From NCBI GenBank assembly GCA_963843325.1, contig CAWJKC010000003.1, positions 591,320 through 655,319 on the forward strand: a stretch of DNA of 64,000 nucleotides, in the 5' to 3' direction. The translations under genes and the position numbers were made by a program. Position 1 is the first letter of the stretch. Every line of letters begins with the position of its first letter. Source of the DNA: an uncultured Acidobacteriota bacterium (lineage in GTDB: Bacteria; Acidobacteriota; Thermoanaerobaculia; UBA5066; Gp7-AA6). A model generated the notes under the pieces. The model did no database searches. It worked only from the letters and a program-made list of their open reading frames with translations, and was not told the origin of the DNA. This document shows positions 9,102-19,291 of this stretch, piece by piece.

Positions 9102-9806
9102 ATGTTCATCGGGCACTACGGCGTCTCCCTCGCGGCAAAGCGCTACGACCCGCGCATCCCACTCGGCGTGCTGTTCCTCGCCGTGCAGCTGCTCGACGTC
9201 CTGTTCGCGATCTTCGTGCTCTTCGGGATCGAGAAGCTGAAGATCGTCCCCGGATTTACGGCGTACAACCCGTACGACCTGTACTGGATGCCGTACTCGC
9301 ACAGCCTGGTCGGCGCGCTCGGATGGTCGCTGGTCGCCGCCGTCGTCTGCCTGCTCGCCGCTCGGCGCCTGCCGCGCGGCGCGCGCGCCGGGGCCGCGGC
9401 CGTCGTCGGCGCGGCGGTCTTCTCGCACTTCCTGCTCGACGTCCCCATGCACACGCCCGACCTGCCGATCTCCCTCGGCGCGGGCTCACCGAAGATCGGC
9501 TTCGGCCTCTGGAACCACCGCGGCGCGGCCCTCGCCGCGGAGCTCGTCGCCCTGGGAATCGGTGGCGTTCTCTACCTGCGCGCCACCCGGCCGAAGAGCC
9601 GCGGCTTCGCGCGCGCGACCGCCGCTTTCGGCGTCGCGCTGGTCCTCACGACGCTGGCGACGCCCTTCATGCCCGACCCGTCGAGCGCCCGGGCCTTCGC
9701 AATCCAGGCACTGGCGCTCTACGTCGTCCTTGCCGTCCTCGCCGGCCTCGTCGACCGCGGAAGGACCCATCCGTCGCCTCCGCGTCGTGGGGAATCTGCG
9801 CCCTGA
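9102..9806 (+). CDS. Membrane-bound metal-dependent hydrolase
   Basis: MFIGH..., YSHSL, SHFLLD...H motifs; multiple TM segments. Confidence 0.75.
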   Translation: MFIGHYGVSLAAKRYDPRIPLGVLFLAVQLLDVLFAIFVLFGIEKLKIVPGFTAYNPYDLYWMPYSHSLVGALGWSLVAAVVCLLAARRLPRGARAGAAAVVGAAVFSHFLLDVPMHTPDLPISLGAGSPKIGFGLWNHRGAALAAELVALGIGGVLYLRATRPKSRGFARATAAFGVALVLTTLATPFMPDPSSARAFAIQALALYVVLAVLAGLVDRGRTHPSPPRRGESAP

Positions 9807-9839
9807 CGTCGCTTCCGCTCGCTGCGCTCGCTCCGCGGC
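9807..9839 (-). repeat. Short copy of the CGTC-ended structured repeat
   Basis: Reverse complement GCCGCGGAGCGAGCGCAGCGAGCGGAAGCGACG matches the 3' part of the 11742-11834 copy. Confidence 0.6.
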
Positions 9840-9880
9840 TAAGTCAGCGTGTGGGCTCGAGAAGCAGTATCCTGACTCCC

Positions 9881-10117
9881 GTGGAAGGTCTTGACCTCGA
9901 CGGACTGCTGTCCGGCTTCTCGATCTGGACGATTGTTCTCGCCCTCGTTTTCAGCCTCGTCGGCTGGATCGCCTTTCGCAACGGGAGAAAGAACCACGAG
10001 CCCAAGCCGATCTTCATCGGCATCGCCCTGATGGCCTACGGCTACTTCGTGACCAACGCCTGGGTCTCTCTCGCGATCGGGTCCGTGCTCACGCTCGCGC
10101 TCTTCTTCCCACGCTGA
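9881..10117 (+). CDS. Small membrane protein (78 aa)
   Basis: GTG start 7 nt after TATCCT; hydrophobic; FSLVGWIAFRNGRK...GIALMAYGYFV. Confidence 0.7.
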   Translation: MEGLDLDGLLSGFSIWTIVLALVFSLVGWIAFRNGRKNHEPKPIFIGIALMAYGYFVTNAWVSLAIGSVLTLALFFPR

Positions 10118-10143
10118 CGATCGACTTCGAGGAGGTTGTCCGC

Positions 10144-11649
10144 ATGAACCGACGTGAGCTCCTCCACGGCGCGGCCGCGAGCGCCGCGACACTGGCGTGG
10201 CCCGCGCGCGCGTCCGGCGCTTCGTCGCCGCTCGATCCCGTGCTCGCCCAGGTCGAGAAGCAACACGCCGAATCGGTCAAGCGCCTCCAGGACTGGATCC
10301 GCCTGCCTTCGATCGCCGCCGAGAACCGCGGCGTCGGCGAAGGCTGCGATTTCCTGATCGCGATGCTCAAGGAGGCGGGATTCGGCCGAGCGGAGCGGGT
10401 TCCGACGGAAGGATCACCGGGCGTCTTCGCCACGCTCGACGCCGGCGCGCCGCGCACGGTCGGCGTGTACTTCATGTACGACGTCAAACAGGTCGACCCG
10501 GCCGAGTGGTCCTCGCCTCCCTTCGACGCCGCGATCGTGGAGAAAGCCGGATTCGGAAAGGTGGTCATCGGCCGCGGCGCGGTCAACCAGAAGGGACCCG
10601 AGGCCGCGTTCCTCGCGGCGCTGCACGCCTTCCGCGCCGCCGGCCGGAAGCTGCCGGTCAACCTCGTGCTCGTCGCCGAGGGCGAGGAGGAGATCGGGTC
10701 GCCGCACTTCCCGCAGATCGTGCGGCGACCGGACGTCCAGGCCGCGCTCGCGAAGTGCACGGGCGTCTTCATGCCCACGGCGGCGCAGGGCTCCGACGGC
10801 ACCGTCACCGTCTCGCTCGGCGCCAAGGGCGTGATCGAGCTCGAGCTGACGTCCTCCGGCGAGCTCTGGGGCCGCGGGCCGAAGAAGGACATCCACTCGA
10901 GCAACAAGGCGCGCGTGGACAGCCCGGCCTGGCACCTGGTGACGGGCTTGTCGACACTCGTCTCGGCCGACGGGAACACCCCCGCGATCGAGGGCTTCGC
11001 CGACCGCGCCCGTCCGATCTCCGCGGCCGAGAAGGCCATGGTCGCCGACGCCGCGAAGCGGATGAACGAGGCCACGCTCAAGCAGCAGCTCGGCGTCGAG
11101 CACTGGATCGGCGACGAGGATTTCGTGACGTCGCTCGAACGCTTCGTCTCGCAGCCCACGGTCAACATCGAGGGTCTCGTCGGCGGATACACGGGGCCGG
11201 GCGGCAAGACGATCCTTCCGCACAAGGCCGTGGCGAAGCTCGACCTGCGGCTGGTGCCCGACATGACCGCGGCCGACGCGCTCGAGGCGCTGAAGAAGCA
11301 CCTCGCGAAGAAAGGCTACGGAGACATCGAGGTGAAGATGACCGGCGGCTACGACCCGACGAGCACGTCCGCCGACACCGGTCTGATCCGCGCGGAGTTC
11401 ACCGTGTATCGCGGCTTCGGCATCGAACCGATCCTCTGGCCGCGCAACGCGGGCTCGTGGCCGGGGTACGTGTTCACGGGCGCTCCGCTGAAACTGCCCG
11501 CCGGCCACTTCGGGCTCGGCCACGGCTCCGGCGCGCACGCACCCGACGAGTACTACGTCATCGAATCCACAAACCCGGCGATCCAGGGCTTCGACGGAGC
11601 GACGCGGTCGTACGTTCAGTACCTCGCCGCGCTCGCGTCGGCCGTCTGA
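10144..11649 (+). CDS. M20/M25/M40 family metallopeptidase, Tat-exported
   Basis: NRRELL twin-arginine signal; GRGA.NQKG, EGEEEIGS, AHAPDE. Confidence 0.9.
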   Translation: MNRRELLHGAAASAATLAWPARASGASSPLDPVLAQVEKQHAESVKRLQDWIRLPSIAAENRGVGEGCDFLIAMLKEAGFGRAERVPTEGSPGVFATLDAGAPRTVGVYFMYDVKQVDPAEWSSPPFDAAIVEKAGFGKVVIGRGAVNQKGPEAAFLAALHAFRAAGRKLPVNLVLVAEGEEEIGSPHFPQIVRRPDVQAALAKCTGVFMPTAAQGSDGTVTVSLGAKGVIELELTSSGELWGRGPKKDIHSSNKARVDSPAWHLVTGLSTLVSADGNTPAIEGFADRARPISAAEKAMVADAAKRMNEATLKQQLGVEHWIGDEDFVTSLERFVSQPTVNIEGLVGGYTGPGGKTILPHKAVAKLDLRLVPDMTAADALEALKKHLAKKGYGDIEVKMTGGYDPTSTSADTGLIRAEFTVYRGFGIEPILWPRNAGSWPGYVFTGAPLKLPAGHFGLGHGSGAHAPDEYYVIESTNPAIQGFDGATRSYVQYLAALASAV

Positions 11650-11741
11650 ACGCGCGAATAAACAATCGCGGCCGCGTTGCCGAGGAACCGCCCCGTCGCC
11701 CCCAGTGAAGAGGAGGCTATTCGGCCGGTACGGCTCATCTG

Positions 11742-11834
11742 CCCGCGGCGTGAATAGTCTCCCGACCGAAGGGAGGGAGGAGGTTCACGCCGCGGGAGCG
11801 TGAGCGAGCGAGGAACGAGCGAGCGGAAGCGACG
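11742..11834 (+). repeat. Structured dispersed repeat, copy A
   Basis: 13-bp stem CCCGCGGCGTGAA/TTCACGCCGCGGG around TAGTCTCCCGACCGAAGGGAGGGAGGAGG, then a GAGC-rich tail ending GCGACG. Confidence 0.8.
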
Positions 11835-11905
11835 GAAACCCGCGGCACGCGCGCCCGTATGTGAACGCGGGCGTCGCCGCGCCTCGCGGTCGCCGGGAGG
11901 TTCGC

Positions 11906-13066
11906 ATGACTCGTTCGCGTCGCATCGAACGCTTCGTCCTTCGTTCCGCGGCTTTCGTCCTGCTCGTGTCCTCGGCGGGCCGCGCCTTCGGCGCGCAGGG
12001 ACTCACGTTTCCGCCCAACGGCGACAACCCGCAGGCTTCGGTCATGCAGGCGATCGGGCCGGTGCGGGTCACCATCGACTATTCGAGCCCGCGCGTCGTG
12101 CGCGGCGACAACGACCGGCGCGGCAAGATCTGGGGCGAGCTCGTGCCGTGGGGCCTGTCCGACCTCGGCCTGAACGAGTGCAAGAGCTGTCCCTGGCGCG
12201 CCGGGGCGAACGAGAACACGACCTTCACGATCACGCACGACGTCCGCATCGAGGGCCAGCCCCTGCCCGCCGGAACCTACGGGCTCCACATGATCCCCGG
12301 CCAGGACGCCTGGACGATCATCTTCTCGAAGGACGCGAGCTCGTGGGGCAGCTACTGGTACGACCCGAAGAACGACGCGCTGCGCGTGCAGACGAAAGCC
12401 GCGAAGAGCGATTACCACGAGTGGCTCACCTACGAGTTCACCGAGCGCGATCCGGCCAAGGCGACGGCCGTCCTGAAGTGGGAAGAGCTGCAGGTACCCT
12501 TCCACATCTCCGTCGACGACGTGAACGCGCTCTGGGTCGCCGACATCCGCCGCGACCTGCGGCAGTGGTCCGGCTTCTCGTGGCAGAACTGGCAGCAGGC
12601 CGCCGACTTCTGCGCCCAGAACAAGATCAATCTCCCCGAGGCGCTGGTCTGGTCCGAGCGCTCGGTCTCGGATCCCTACGTCGGCGGCGAGGAGAACTTC
12701 CTCACCCTCTCGACCCTCTCGAAGCTCCAGGAGCTGAACGGGAAGCCGCAGGACGCGGCGAAGACACTCGATCGCGCGCTGAACAATCCGACCGCCACCG
12801 CGATCCAGATCCACGTCGTCGGCCGCCAGATGATGGCCGCCGGCAAGAAGGATGAGGCGCTGAAGATCTTCATCCTGAACGCGAAGAAGCATCCCGACCA
12901 GTGGCCCGTCCACGTCGGGCTGATGCGCGGTTATGCGTCCGTGGGCGACAAGAAGAAGGCGCTCGCCGAGGCGAAGCTCGCCCTGGCCCAGGCGCCGGAT
13001 CCCGGAAACAAGAAGAACCTCGAGGGGATCATCACGAAGCTCGAGGCGGGCCAGGACATCAACTGA
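11906..13066 (+). CDS. DUF2911 domain protein with C-terminal TPR-like helices
   Basis: IDYSSPRV...IWGELVPWG...WRAGANENTT; GGAGG RBS; signal peptide. Confidence 0.85.
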   Translation: MTRSRRIERFVLRSAAFVLLVSSAGRAFGAQGLTFPPNGDNPQASVMQAIGPVRVTIDYSSPRVVRGDNDRRGKIWGELVPWGLSDLGLNECKSCPWRAGANENTTFTITHDVRIEGQPLPAGTYGLHMIPGQDAWTIIFSKDASSWGSYWYDPKNDALRVQTKAAKSDYHEWLTYEFTERDPAKATAVLKWEELQVPFHISVDDVNALWVADIRRDLRQWSGFSWQNWQQAADFCAQNKINLPEALVWSERSVSDPYVGGEENFLTLSTLSKLQELNGKPQDAAKTLDRALNNPTATAIQIHVVGRQMMAAGKKDEALKIFILNAKKHPDQWPVHVGLMRGYASVGDKKKALAEAKLALAQAPDPGNKKNLEGIITKLEAGQDIN

Positions 13067-13087
13067 TCGGAGCGACCGGATGTCTCG

Positions 13088-13111
13088 CCCCCTCTCCCGC
13101 CGGGAGAGGGG
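13088..13111. repeat. CCCTCTCCC/GGGAGAGGG hairpin repeat
   Basis: CCCCTCTCCC GCC GGGAGAGGGG; related copies at 19067, 34116 and 62269. Confidence 0.7.
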
Positions 13112-13123
13112 GTAACGCGCGGA

Positions 13124-13293
13124 GCTGCGACTAGCGCTCGCGGCGCAAATAGTCTCCCGACCGAAGGGAGGGAGGAGGTTTGCGCCGCGGGAGCCGCAGC
13201 GGAGCGGAGAGGCCAGGCGAACGGTCGAGCCCTCAGGCGAGCCGTTCGCCGGTGCGCCGAAGGCGCAGGCCTCGGAGCGAAGCGCAGGCGACG
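13124..13293 (+). repeat. Structured dispersed repeat, copy B (long form)
   Basis: Same core as copy A with a compensated stem, plus a three-way junction; ends GCGACG next to the stop of 13294-13941. Confidence 0.8.
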
Positions 13294-13941
13294 TCAGAGC
13301 ATCCCGACCGCGCGCGAAGCGAGGATCGCGATGATCGAGAGCGAGATGAGCGACTGCAGCATGCACAACCCCTTCGCCCAGCGCGAGAGGATGGCCGTGT
13401 CCGTCGGCGAGAAGGCCGTGCTCGTGTTGAACGCGAGGAACAGGTAGTCGACGAAGCGCGGCATCCAGGTCTCGGGGTGCTCGATCGGCACGCCGTCCAT
13501 CATCTGGGGAAAGAAGAAGGCGCCCGCCGTGTGGGCGCCCCGCTTCTCCCGCGCGTGCGGGCCGCCGGCGTCCAGGCGCCAGTACCAGATCGCGAAGACC
13601 AGGACGTTCGTCGCCCACAGCATCGCCGCGGAGCCGAGCAGCGATCCGGGTGACTCGGTCTTCGACGGCAGGCGAACGATCAACAGCGTCAGGGATCCGG
13701 CGAGCGCCAGGGTGATGATCGTGCTGATGGCATAGCCGAAGAGCGTGTCGATCCGGTGATTGCCGGCACGATGCGCGAGCGTCGCCGGAACGAGCATCAC
13801 GAGGACGAGGGCAAGCAGAAGCCAGCGCGGACCCACCACCAGCGTGTGCGGCAGCGAGAACGAGATCAGCCCGACGCCGACGAGCGCGACGAGGACCGGC
13901 CAGCGGCCCTCGGGGTTGGAGATCGGGCTCTTGCCTGCCAT
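13294..13941 (-). CDS. DUF1345 family membrane protein
   Basis: YWRLDAGGP, FFFPQM, W.PRFVDYLFLAFNTSTAFSPTD motifs. Confidence 0.8.
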   Translation of the reverse strand: MAGKSPISNPEGRWPVLVALVGVGLISFSLPHTLVVGPRWLLLALVLVMLVPATLAHRAGNHRIDTLFGYAISTIITLALAGSLTLLIVRLPSKTESPGSLLGSAAMLWATNVLVFAIWYWRLDAGGPHAREKRGAHTAGAFFFPQMMDGVPIEHPETWMPRFVDYLFLAFNTSTAFSPTDTAILSRWAKGLCMLQSLISLSIIAILASRAVGML

Positions 13942-13978
13942 CGGCGTCAGAGACTAGCAGGCCGCCGCGCCGCCCGGC

Positions 13979-15814
13979 CTACCAGGCGACCCCGTAGTCG
14001 TCGCCGTAGTCGCTCGAGCCGCCCCACATCGTGCCGTGCTCGCGGTCGAAGTAGATCGCGTTGATCGGCCCCGACGTCTTCGCCGCCGTGCGGATCCGGT
14101 AGCCCATCTTCTTCAGCTCGTCGCGCACGTACGGCGGCGTCGACGTCGTTGATCTCGATCAGGCCCGGCTTCGACTCGTGCGCGCCGAAGGAGCTGCGCA
14201 TCTGGTAGCTGTTGATGTTCGGGGCCTCGACGGCCTCCTGGACGTCCATGCCGAATTCGACGAAGTTCAGGAAGAACTGGAGCAGGTTCTGGTCCTGCGT
14301 GTCGCCGCCCTGGACGGCGAAGGCGAGGAACGGCTTGCCGTCCTTGAGCGCCATCGAGGGCGTGAGCGTCACGCGCGGGCGCTTGCCGGGCTCGAGGACG
14401 TTGTAACGGATTCTCGGCCGGATCGAGCACGAAGCTCTGCATGCGCTGGCTCATGCCGATGCCCGTCTTTCCCGCGATGCAGACGGGATTCCAGCCGCCC
14501 GACGGCGTCACCGAGACGACCCAGCCCTCCTCGTCCGCCGCTTCGATCGACGTCGTGCCCGCGAGAAAGCCCTCCTCGAAGGAGCGCGCCTCGCTCACCT
14601 TCGGGACGGGCGCGTCGCTCTTCCACCGCCCGAGGTATTCCAGGTACGGGTTCTTCCCGTTCTGGAACGGGTACGGATCGCCGGGCTTCGCGTTCGCGTC
14701 GTTCTTCGTCCAGTCGATCCCCTTGCGGCGCGCCTCCGCGTAGTCCTTGGACAGCAGCCCGAGGCGCGGCTCGGCGCGGCGGACGATCGGGATCGCCGTA
14801 GTAGAAGTCGCGGTCGGCGAACGCGAGGTTCATGACCTGGTAGAGCGCGTGGATGTAGCGCGCGCTGTTGTAGCCCATGCCCTTCAGGTCCATCGGCTCG
14901 AGGAGGTTGAGCGCCTCGAGCATGGCGGGGCCCTGCGTCCACACGTCGAGCTTGTAGACGGCGATGTCCTTGTAGTTCGTCGAGACGGGCTCCTCGAAGC
15001 GCGGGCGCCACTTCGCGAGGTCTTCCATCGTCGCGAGGCCGCCCTGCTCCTTCGAGCCGCGCACGAACTCCTGCGCGATGTCGCCCTTGTAGAACCGGTC
15101 GTAGGCCGCGTAGATCGCCTCCTTGCGGCCCATGCCGGCGGCGCGCGCGCTCTGCTCGGCGTCGACGAGCTTCTGGAGCGTCGCGAGCAGGTCCGGCTGG
15201 CGGAACATCTCGCCCGGGCGCGGCGCCTCGCGCGCCTCGCCCGGGTGCGTCAGGAAGAGCTTCGCCGAGTACGGCCACTGCCGGATCTGCTTCTTCTCGC
15301 GCTCGAGGCCGTCGGCCAGCTCCTGCTCGATCGGGTAGCCCTCGGCCAGCTGCATCGCGGGCGCGAGGACGTCCTTGAGCGACAGCTTCCCGTACTCCGC
15401 CAGCATCATCATCAGGCCGCCCGGCGTCCCCGGCGTCACCGCCGCGAGCGGTCCGTATTCGGGCGGATACGCCATGCCGCGCCCGTGGAAGAACTCCGGC
15501 GTCGCGCCCGTCGGCGCCACGCCGAGCGCGTTGACCGCGATGACCTTGCCGGTCTTCGGGTTGAAGATCAGCGCCTGCGTCTCGCCGCCCCAGGAGAGCG
15601 TGTCGAACATCGTCGTCGTCGCCGCGAGCATCGCGCACGCCGCGTCGACGGCGTTGCCGCCCTTCTGAAAGATCATGGACCCGGCCGTCGCCGCGAGCGG
15701 CTTGCCGGTGATCGCGACCCAGTGCTTGCCGTGGAGGACCGGCTTGTTGGAGGCGCAGAGCGGCGGCACGAAGGCGAGCAGCGCGGCCAGGGCTTTCCAC
15801 ACGTGCTTTTTCAT
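13979..15814 (-). CDS. ggt: Gamma-glutamyltransferase family protein (apparent frameshifts near 14765, 14405 and 14145)
   Basis: GGNAVDAA, AFADRDFYYGDP, catalytic GTTSI, TLTPSM, QGGDTQDQ and ...DYGVAW* spread over several frames. Confidence 0.85.
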
Positions 15815-15873
15815 GACGGGAACGATACAGCGATTGCCCCGAGGTCTCTATAATCCGGTGTCCCGAGAGCCCG

Positions 15874-16293
15874 ATGCTGACCGTCACCGCCACGATCGCC
15901 GTCCCCGAGCAAGCGCTCAGCGAGCGGTTCGTGCGCGCCTCCGGTCCCGGCGGCCAGAACGTCAACAAGGTCGCGACGGCCGTCGAGCTGCGCCTGGACG
16001 TCTCCGCCTCCACGCTGCCCGAGGACGTGAAGGCGAGGCTCGTCGCGCTCGCGGGCAAGCGGATCTCCGCCGACGGCGTCCTGCTGATCGACAGCCGCGC
16101 GTTCCGGACGCAGGCCCAGAACCGCGCCGCCGCACGCGAACGGCTCGTCGAGCTCATCGCCCGGGCCGCGCACCGGCCCAGGACCCGCCGCAAGACCCGC
16201 CCGAGCCGGGCCGCGAAGGAGCGGCGCATCGAGGCCAAGGTGCAGCGCTCGCACGTGAAGGCCCGTCGCGGACGCGTCCGGGGCGAAGACTAG
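15874..16293 (+). CDS. arfB: Alternative ribosome rescue peptidyl-tRNA hydrolase ArfB
   Basis: RASGPGGQNVNKVATAV GGQ motif; basic C-terminal tail. Confidence 0.95.
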   Translation: MLTVTATIAVPEQALSERFVRASGPGGQNVNKVATAVELRLDVSASTLPEDVKARLVALAGKRISADGVLLIDSRAFRTQAQNRAAARERLVELIARAAHRPRTRRKTRPSRAAKERRIEAKVQRSHVKARRGRVRGED

Positions 16294-16299
16294 GAACCG

Positions 16300-18465
16300 A
16301 TGCTCGCCGCGGTGCTGTTCGCTCTGGCCACCGGCGATGCGATCACGCTGGCGCCCGCGCCCGGTGCCGCGCCCGCCGCGACGATCGTGCTCGGCGGGCA
16401 CGAAGTCCCGCTCGACAAGGACGGCCGCGCCAGCATCCCGCCCGACGTCATGCTCGCGGCTCCCGGGCTGCGCTTCTACCAGCCCGTGGACGACGGTCCG
16501 GTCTTCTACTTCCCGAGCGACGACACGCTCGTCCTCTGGCCGCTGTCCGGTCCCGAGCGCGCTGTCCGCGCCGAGGTCGTCGTCAAGGCCGCCGACGCGA
16601 CGACCTGGGAGCACGCCCCCGCCTTCGAGGCGCCCGTGGAAGTGCGCAACGGCAAGGCCGGGGTGCGCTTCGTCGTCTCCGCGGGGGAATGGGACGCCGC
16701 GATCCTCGTGCCCGGGTTCGCGCCCGCCTTTTCGCGCGTCGCGGCGGGCGCACCGACCTTCACGAACGCCGCCTCGGCGTTGAAGCGCGGGGCCCGCGTA
16801 AAGGCGCGGATCCTGAGCGCTCGCACGGACAAGCCGCCCGAGCGCTGGCTCGCCCGGGCGTCGCGCACCGACCCGGCGCCCGACGACCAGGAGGCCCGGT
16901 TCTTCAAGACGCGGCCGATCGCGGCCGACCGCGCGGCGCTCGATTTTGCGAGCCTTCCCGTCGGAGCCTGGGAGCTGCGCGTCGAAGTTCCCAGCGGCGG
17001 CCGGAAGCGCCAGCCCTTCACCGCCCTGAAGCCGGGCGGCGTCACGGACCTCGGCGACTTCGTCATCCCGGACCTCGGGTCGGTCCGGCTGACCGTCGAG
17101 TTTCCGGTCGAACTGCCGAAAGGTGAGCTCACGGTGCGCGTCAAGGGAGTCTCCAACACGACGCACGCGATGGACGTCGAGCTCGGCTCGAAGACGATCC
17201 GCCCGAAGGACGTCTCGGTCGTCGAGATCGGCCAGATCGAGCCCGGCTTCGTCGAGGTCGGATTCGAGGCTGCGGCAAGCGGGCTTCGCCATGTGGAGGT
17301 CCGTCGAGGTCAAACCCGGCGAGACCGCCGAAGCCCGCTTCACCTTCGTCCCGGTCAGAGTCCGCGGAGTCGTCAAGCGCGGCGATGAAGTCGTTCCCCT
17401 TGCCGTGGTGAGCTCGCCGCTCGGGGGACGGCTTCAAGCCGCGTCCACGTCCTCGAACGACCTCGGCGAGTATGCGCTCCGGCTGTGGGCCACCGCCGAC
17501 CGGATCCCGCTGAGGACGTTGTCGCCCGGCGACGAGACGCACTTCGTGGAGGACGTCCCGATCGATCCGCGCGCCACCGAGGTGGAGCACGACGTCGTTC
17601 TGCCGCTGGCCGAGATTCGGGGCACCGTGCGCGACGCGGAAGTGGGGACACCCCTCGCCGGAGCAGAAGTCGCCGTCTCCACGTCGCCCGACAAGGGGGA
17701 ATCCAGGGGCGAGCTCTATGCCCATGCGTCCGTGACGTCCGACCGCGAAGGCCGGTTCCGCCTGCGCAACCTGGTCTCCCGCCGCGTCGACGTGCACGTC
17801 CAGCACGAGGGCTACGCCCCGGCCGACTTCTACGAGATCGAGGTGACCCCCGACGGGAAGGATCTCGACGTGCGCATGGAGAAAGGCGTCCGGCTCCACG
17901 GAGTCGTCACCGACGAGACGGGCGCCCCGCTGGCCGGCGTGAACGTGGGGATGGATCCCGACGCGCGCGGCCTCGACTTCGCCCGGGAGGTCATGACGTC
18001 GGGCGCCGGCGAGTTCGAGTTTCCCGGCACCGCAACGGGCTTTCACATCCTGGAGGTCATGGTGTGCGGCCACAGGATCGCGGTGCGGCCCACGGACGTT
18101 TATTTCTTCGGGGAGTTCATCGAGGGCAAGGAGATACGGGGCGGAGACGAGGCCAACATCCAGTTGGGGCCCCCAACCGACGTGGTGCGCGTGCACGTCG
18201 AGGACGACACCGGCGCGCCGCTCGATGGCTGGACCCTGCAGTGGACCGTCCACGGCGTCCTGCTTCCGCTCGGGGCCTGGCAGCAATACGCCACGAACTG
18301 CGGCCAGCGCGGTCGCGACCGACGGCGAAGGCAATCTCGAGTCTGCACGGCATGCCGAGGGACACGATCGGCGCAGTCGCGCCCGGGTCGACGCAGCCTT
18401 TCGGCACCTTCAACAACGACGGCACCCGGACCTCGTGGACGATCGTCATTCCAAAGGAGCAATGA
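16300..18465 (+). CDS. Secreted protein with carboxypeptidase-regulatory-like (prealbumin-fold) repeats; frameshifts near 17300 and 18310
   Basis: Repeated IRGTVRD..G.PLAGA.V...TSD.EGRF and GVVTDETGAPLAGV units across consecutive ORFs. Confidence 0.7.
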
Positions 18466-19134
18466 ACATGGGCAGGAAGGACCCCCGCGTCGACGCCTAC
18501 ATCGCCAGATCCGCCCCGTTCGCCCGGCCGATCCTCAAGCGCCTGCGCAAGCTCGTGCACCAGGGCTGCCCGCCCGTCGTCGAGCAGATCAAGTGGGGCA
18601 TGCCCCACTTCGACTACGACGGCATGTTCTGCGGAATGGCCGCGTTCAAGGAGCACTGCACGTTCGGCTTCTGGAACCGGGCGATGAACCTGAAGAAGAA
18701 CGAGGACGCGATGGGCCAGTTCGGGTGCATCACGAAGGTCGCGGACCTGCCTTCGGACACCGTGATCGTCGGCTACGTCCGACAGGCGAAAAAGCTCGCG
18801 GACGACGGCGTCAGGATCGGGCCCGTCCGCAAGGCGAAGAAGCCGCTGCCGGTGCCGGCATCGCTGACGGCCGCGCTCGAAGAAGAAGGCCGGCGCCGCG
18901 GCGCGATTCGCGAAGATGAGCCCGAGCCAGAAGCGCGAATACTCCGAGTGGATCGTCGAGGCGAAGACCGACGCCACGCGCGACAAGCGCCTCGGTATCG
19001 CCGTCGGCTGGATCGCCGAAGGCAAGTCGCGCAACTGGAAGTACCAGGCGCAAGGCGAAGGCGTAGCCCCCCTCACCCCAACCCTCTCCCCCCTCACGGG
19101 TGGAGAGGGAGACGGCTCGTCGAGCGAGCTGTGA
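18462..19134 (+). CDS. YdeI/OmpD-associated family protein (DUF1801 + OmdA); frameshift near 18880
   Basis: DPRVDAYI...FARPIL...IKWGMPHF and SPSQKREYSEWIVEAKTDATRDKRL...GKSRNWKY. Confidence 0.85.
19067..19109. repeat. CCCTCACCC-CCCTCTCCC hairpin repeat inside the 3' end of the YdeI-like CDS
   Basis: CCCCCTCACCCCAACCCTCTCCCCCCTCACGGGTGGAGAGGG, translated as PLTPTLSPLTGGEG. Confidence 0.75.
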
Positions 19135-19290
19135 CTCAGCTCGCGGCGCGAAAGTCTCCCGACGAAGCGAGGAGGAGGTCGCGCCGCGGGAGCCGCAGCG
19201 TCCGGGGATCAGGCGTCGGTCGAGCCCGCACCGGGCGAGCCGGACGCCGGTCGCCGTCAGGGCGCAGATCCCTGCGTCGCGGAGGCGACG
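19128..19290 (+). repeat. Structured dispersed repeat, copy C (long form)
   Basis: Collinear with copy B, with compensatory changes in several stems; ends GCGACG 1 nt from the DinB stop. Confidence 0.8.
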
Positions 19291-19291
19291 T

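Noticed and set aside
11735-13618. 627-aa minus-strand ORF with a repeated peptide (SRG.NLLPPFGRETI)
   Set aside because: The repeated peptide is only the translation of repeat copies A and B; the ORF is antisense to the DUF2911 gene.
14100-14800. Programmed frameshifting or a natural split of GGT into subunits
   Set aside because: The breaks do not coincide with the autocleavage Thr, and similar indels affect many unrelated genes.
11742-19290. Repeat copies as a CRISPR array or as IS/composite transposon ends
   Set aside because: Spacing is kilobases and irregular, with no cas or transposase gene and no evident target duplications.
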